Positions 62,502-64,000 of a stretch of DNA of 64,000 bases are shown one piece after another. The translations under genes and the position numbers were made by a program. The notes beneath the pieces are model-generated. The model was not told the DNA's origin, ran no database searches, and saw only the letters and a list, made by a program, of their open reading frames with translations. How positions within the stretch are numbered: position 1 is the first letter of the stretch; every line of letters begins with the position of its first letter. The DNA comes from Candidatus Falkowbacteria bacterium. Its GTDB lineage: Bacteria; Patescibacteriota; Patescibacteriia; UBA11705; JACRDX01. The stretch lies in NCBI GenBank assembly GCA_043798985.1, contig JAZDOE010000008.1, forward strand, positions 2,332 through 66,331, written 5' to 3'.

Positions 62502-62536
62502 TTGTCCCCCACTAAGTTAGTGGGGGACAATTTTTA
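62502..62536. terminator. Bidirectional Rho-independent terminator (TTGTCCCCCACTAAGTTAGTGGGGGACAA flanked by A/T runs).
   Basis: A perfect 12-bp stem serves both the basic-protein gene on the plus strand and the convergent EndoQ-like gene on the minus strand. Confidence 0.8.
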
Positions 62537-62545
62537 TTCAAACAT

Positions 62546-63874
62546 TTAAAACAAAACGTTTTGTCTCGGCTTCATTTCTTTCACCTCATCTTCTGAAAAA
62601 ACTTTTACGACACCATACTCGCCATCATATCCGGGTTTAATTGCAACTTTTCCATCGCGCACTTTCAAAATCGCGCCGGCTATTACGTCATTTGAAATCC
62701 TTACAAGTTCTTCTTGATTCAAATCAAGCAAAATTTCAAACTCTGTTTTTTGTTCCAACATTTTTTCATACGAACCGCGCACGCGCTTGCTCGCCGTTCC
62801 TTGTTGCAAACATTCTGCAATTATTTCTTTCAGCGGAACCAAGCTGCGAAACGGCACAACATTTTCCGGTCTAAAACCAACCTCGCGATCAGCCAAATCT
62901 TGCACGCGATGATCAACGCCAAGCGTCAATTCTTTTTTACAGACAGGACAAATATTTTTCAATTTTGCGCTATCTTTTGGCGCGCAAGAAAATTTACATT
63001 TCATGTGGCCATCCCAATGATATTTTCCCTCTTCCGGAAAAAATTCAACGGTGTATGCCAGCGATAGTCGATCGACTGATTGTGAAACAGACTGACGTCG
63101 CGCAAGAGAGCTGTTTTTTATTGCTTCAATAATATCTTCATAATCAAAATTTCCGCCAGAGGCGGATCGACCTTGGGTCGAAAAAACATTCGCTTCCCGC
63201 CCCAAATTTTCCGGACTGTGCGCGTCAGAATTTGAAATCAACGCGATCTTATCCAATTTGGAAAGCCGCCAATTCATACTCGGATCTGATGACAATCCAG
63301 TCTCTATCGCATAAATATCTGGCGTTAATTCTTCAAAACATTCTTCCAAAGAATCATAGCCGGACTTTGAACCAAAAACCGCGAACCATGGTGTCCACGC
63401 GTGCGCCGGAACCAAAAACATACGGTCATCAACCTCCAAACAAATTTTTAAAACTTCTTTTGCCGACAATCCGATTATTGGCCTGCCGTCAGATTTCAAA
63501 TTGCATCCGCGTTTTAACAATTCAGCGTTAAATTTATCAACAGCAGCAAAGCTTGGCGCGAATAACAGCAAATGCAATCTCCGCGTTTTTTCTTTGTCTT
63601 TGTAAATGCAACTTATTTCGCTGGACAGCAGAAAGCTGGTAGCTTGTAGGCTGGTAGCTGGTAGGTCGGAATTAACTAATTTCAATAAACCGCTACCATC
63701 TTCAACCAATTTTTCTTTCAGCTCTTTCAAATATTGCGGGTGCGTAAAATCTCCGGTTGCCAAAATCTGGATCCCCTTTTTGCGCGCCCATAAATCCAAA
63801 TGTTCAACATCCATTTGTTTGGATGTGGCGCGCGAATATTTTGAATGTATATGCAAATCCGCGATTACACGCAT
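62546..63874 (-). CDS. PHP-domain nuclease with a zinc ribbon, endonuclease Q-like (COG1379).
   Basis: MRVIADLHIHSKYSRATS...LISNSDAHSPENLGREANVF (PHP metal ligands) plus C...C...CPVC. An in-frame ctggtag-type repeat lies at 63612..63650. Confidence 0.5.
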   Translation of the reverse strand: MRVIADLHIHSKYSRATSKQMDVEHLDLWARKKGIQILATGDFTHPQYLKELKEKLVEDGSGLLKLVNSDLPATSLQATSFLLSSEISCIYKDKEKTRRLHLLLFAPSFAAVDKFNAELLKRGCNLKSDGRPIIGLSAKEVLKICLEVDDRMFLVPAHAWTPWFAVFGSKSGYDSLEECFEELTPDIYAIETGLSSDPSMNWRLSKLDKIALISNSDAHSPENLGREANVFSTQGRSASGGNFDYEDIIEAIKNSSLARRQSVSQSVDRLSLAYTVEFFPEEGKYHWDGHMKCKFSCAPKDSAKLKNICPVCKKELTLGVDHRVQDLADREVGFRPENVVPFRSLVPLKEIIAECLQQGTASKRVRGSYEKMLEQKTEFEILLDLNQEELVRISNDVIAGAILKVRDGKVAIKPGYDGEYGVVKVFSEDEVKEMKPRQNVLF

Positions 63875-63877
63875 ATT

Positions 63878-64000
63878 TTATTTTTTTAACAAACGCTCAA
63901 CTATTGCCAATTGCTCTGGCGTATTAACGCCAACGCACTCAATCGGATGAATTTTCAAACTATTTATTTTTATACCCTGCTCAACGGCCAGCTCAATTAA
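63878..64000 (-). CDS. C-terminal end of a gene running off the window, possibly a sugar-nucleotidyltransferase-like protein.
   Basis: ...LIELAVEQGIKINSLKIHPIECVGVNTPEQLAIVERLLKK, stopping at 63878..63880. Confidence 0.3.
   Translation of the reverse strand, partial: LIELAVEQGIKINSLKIHPIECVGVNTPEQLAIVERLLKK

Noticed and set aside
62200-62530. Two minus-strand ORFs (95 and 91 aa, Phe/Leu-rich) overlapping the basic-protein gene.
   Set aside because: They are complements of the Lys (AAA/AAG) and Arg codon runs. The plus-strand gene has the RBS and the terminator.

Overview
This 64 kb window comes from an AT-rich bacterial genome with small, compact genes; apart from six features on the plus strand, everything is encoded on the minus strand. 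Several traits point to a Patescibacteria/CPR-like organism: a long S10-spc ribosomal-protein cluster with no L30, no adk/infA/rpmJ and no alpha operon after secY; extended L22, L23 and L24; a split ComEC; DUF4012 and DUF192 genes; and in-frame insertions in many housekeeping genes. Read along the minus strand, gene content is: thrS (partial), a membrane protein, dnaE, DUF4012, two GT2 glycosyltransferases, an amino-acid permease, pyk, yraN, tRNA-Leu, a small ferredoxin missed by the ORF track, a lipid-kinase-like gene, bactofilin, argS-tyrS-valS, a tRNA cluster (Val, Leu, Val) with a small GIY-YIG gene, deoxynucleoside kinase, a complex tRNA-Ile locus, recO, ruvX, map, secY, rplO through rpsJ, tuf, fusA, rpsG, rpsL, an M50 protease, rpmB, DUF192, a Cas4-like PD-(D/E)XK nuclease, a Cys-repeat surface protein, a GC-rich island with a tRNA cluster (Pro, Arg, Leu, Ala) and tandem repeats, rimK, an RRM protein, tRNA-Pro, a GC-rich hypothetical gene, ndk, split comEC, a FemAB-like gene, two GC-rich near-identical paralogs flanking ruvA, a U32 peptidase, SanA, ileS, an O-antigen-ligase-like gene, tRNA-Ala, a 63-aa highly basic protein, an EndoQ-like PHP nuclease, and a partial nucleotidyltransferase-like gene. 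The most unusual observations are: (1) a family of GC-rich, hairpin-rich elements that sit directly upstream of tRNA genes next to duplicated tRNA 5'-fragments, one copy carrying a GIY-YIG nuclease gene; (2) at least four families of short palindromic repeats inserted in frame into essential genes (valS, argS, ileS and others), reminiscent of Rickettsia palindromic elements; (3) a complete histidine-phosphatase domain inserted between the zinc-knuckle cysteine pairs of ValRS; (4) GC-rich, probably horizontally acquired islands, including a duplicated gene of unknown function. No CRISPR array is present. Hand-derived coordinates (tRNAs, repeats, the small ferredoxin) may be off by 1 to 2 nt.
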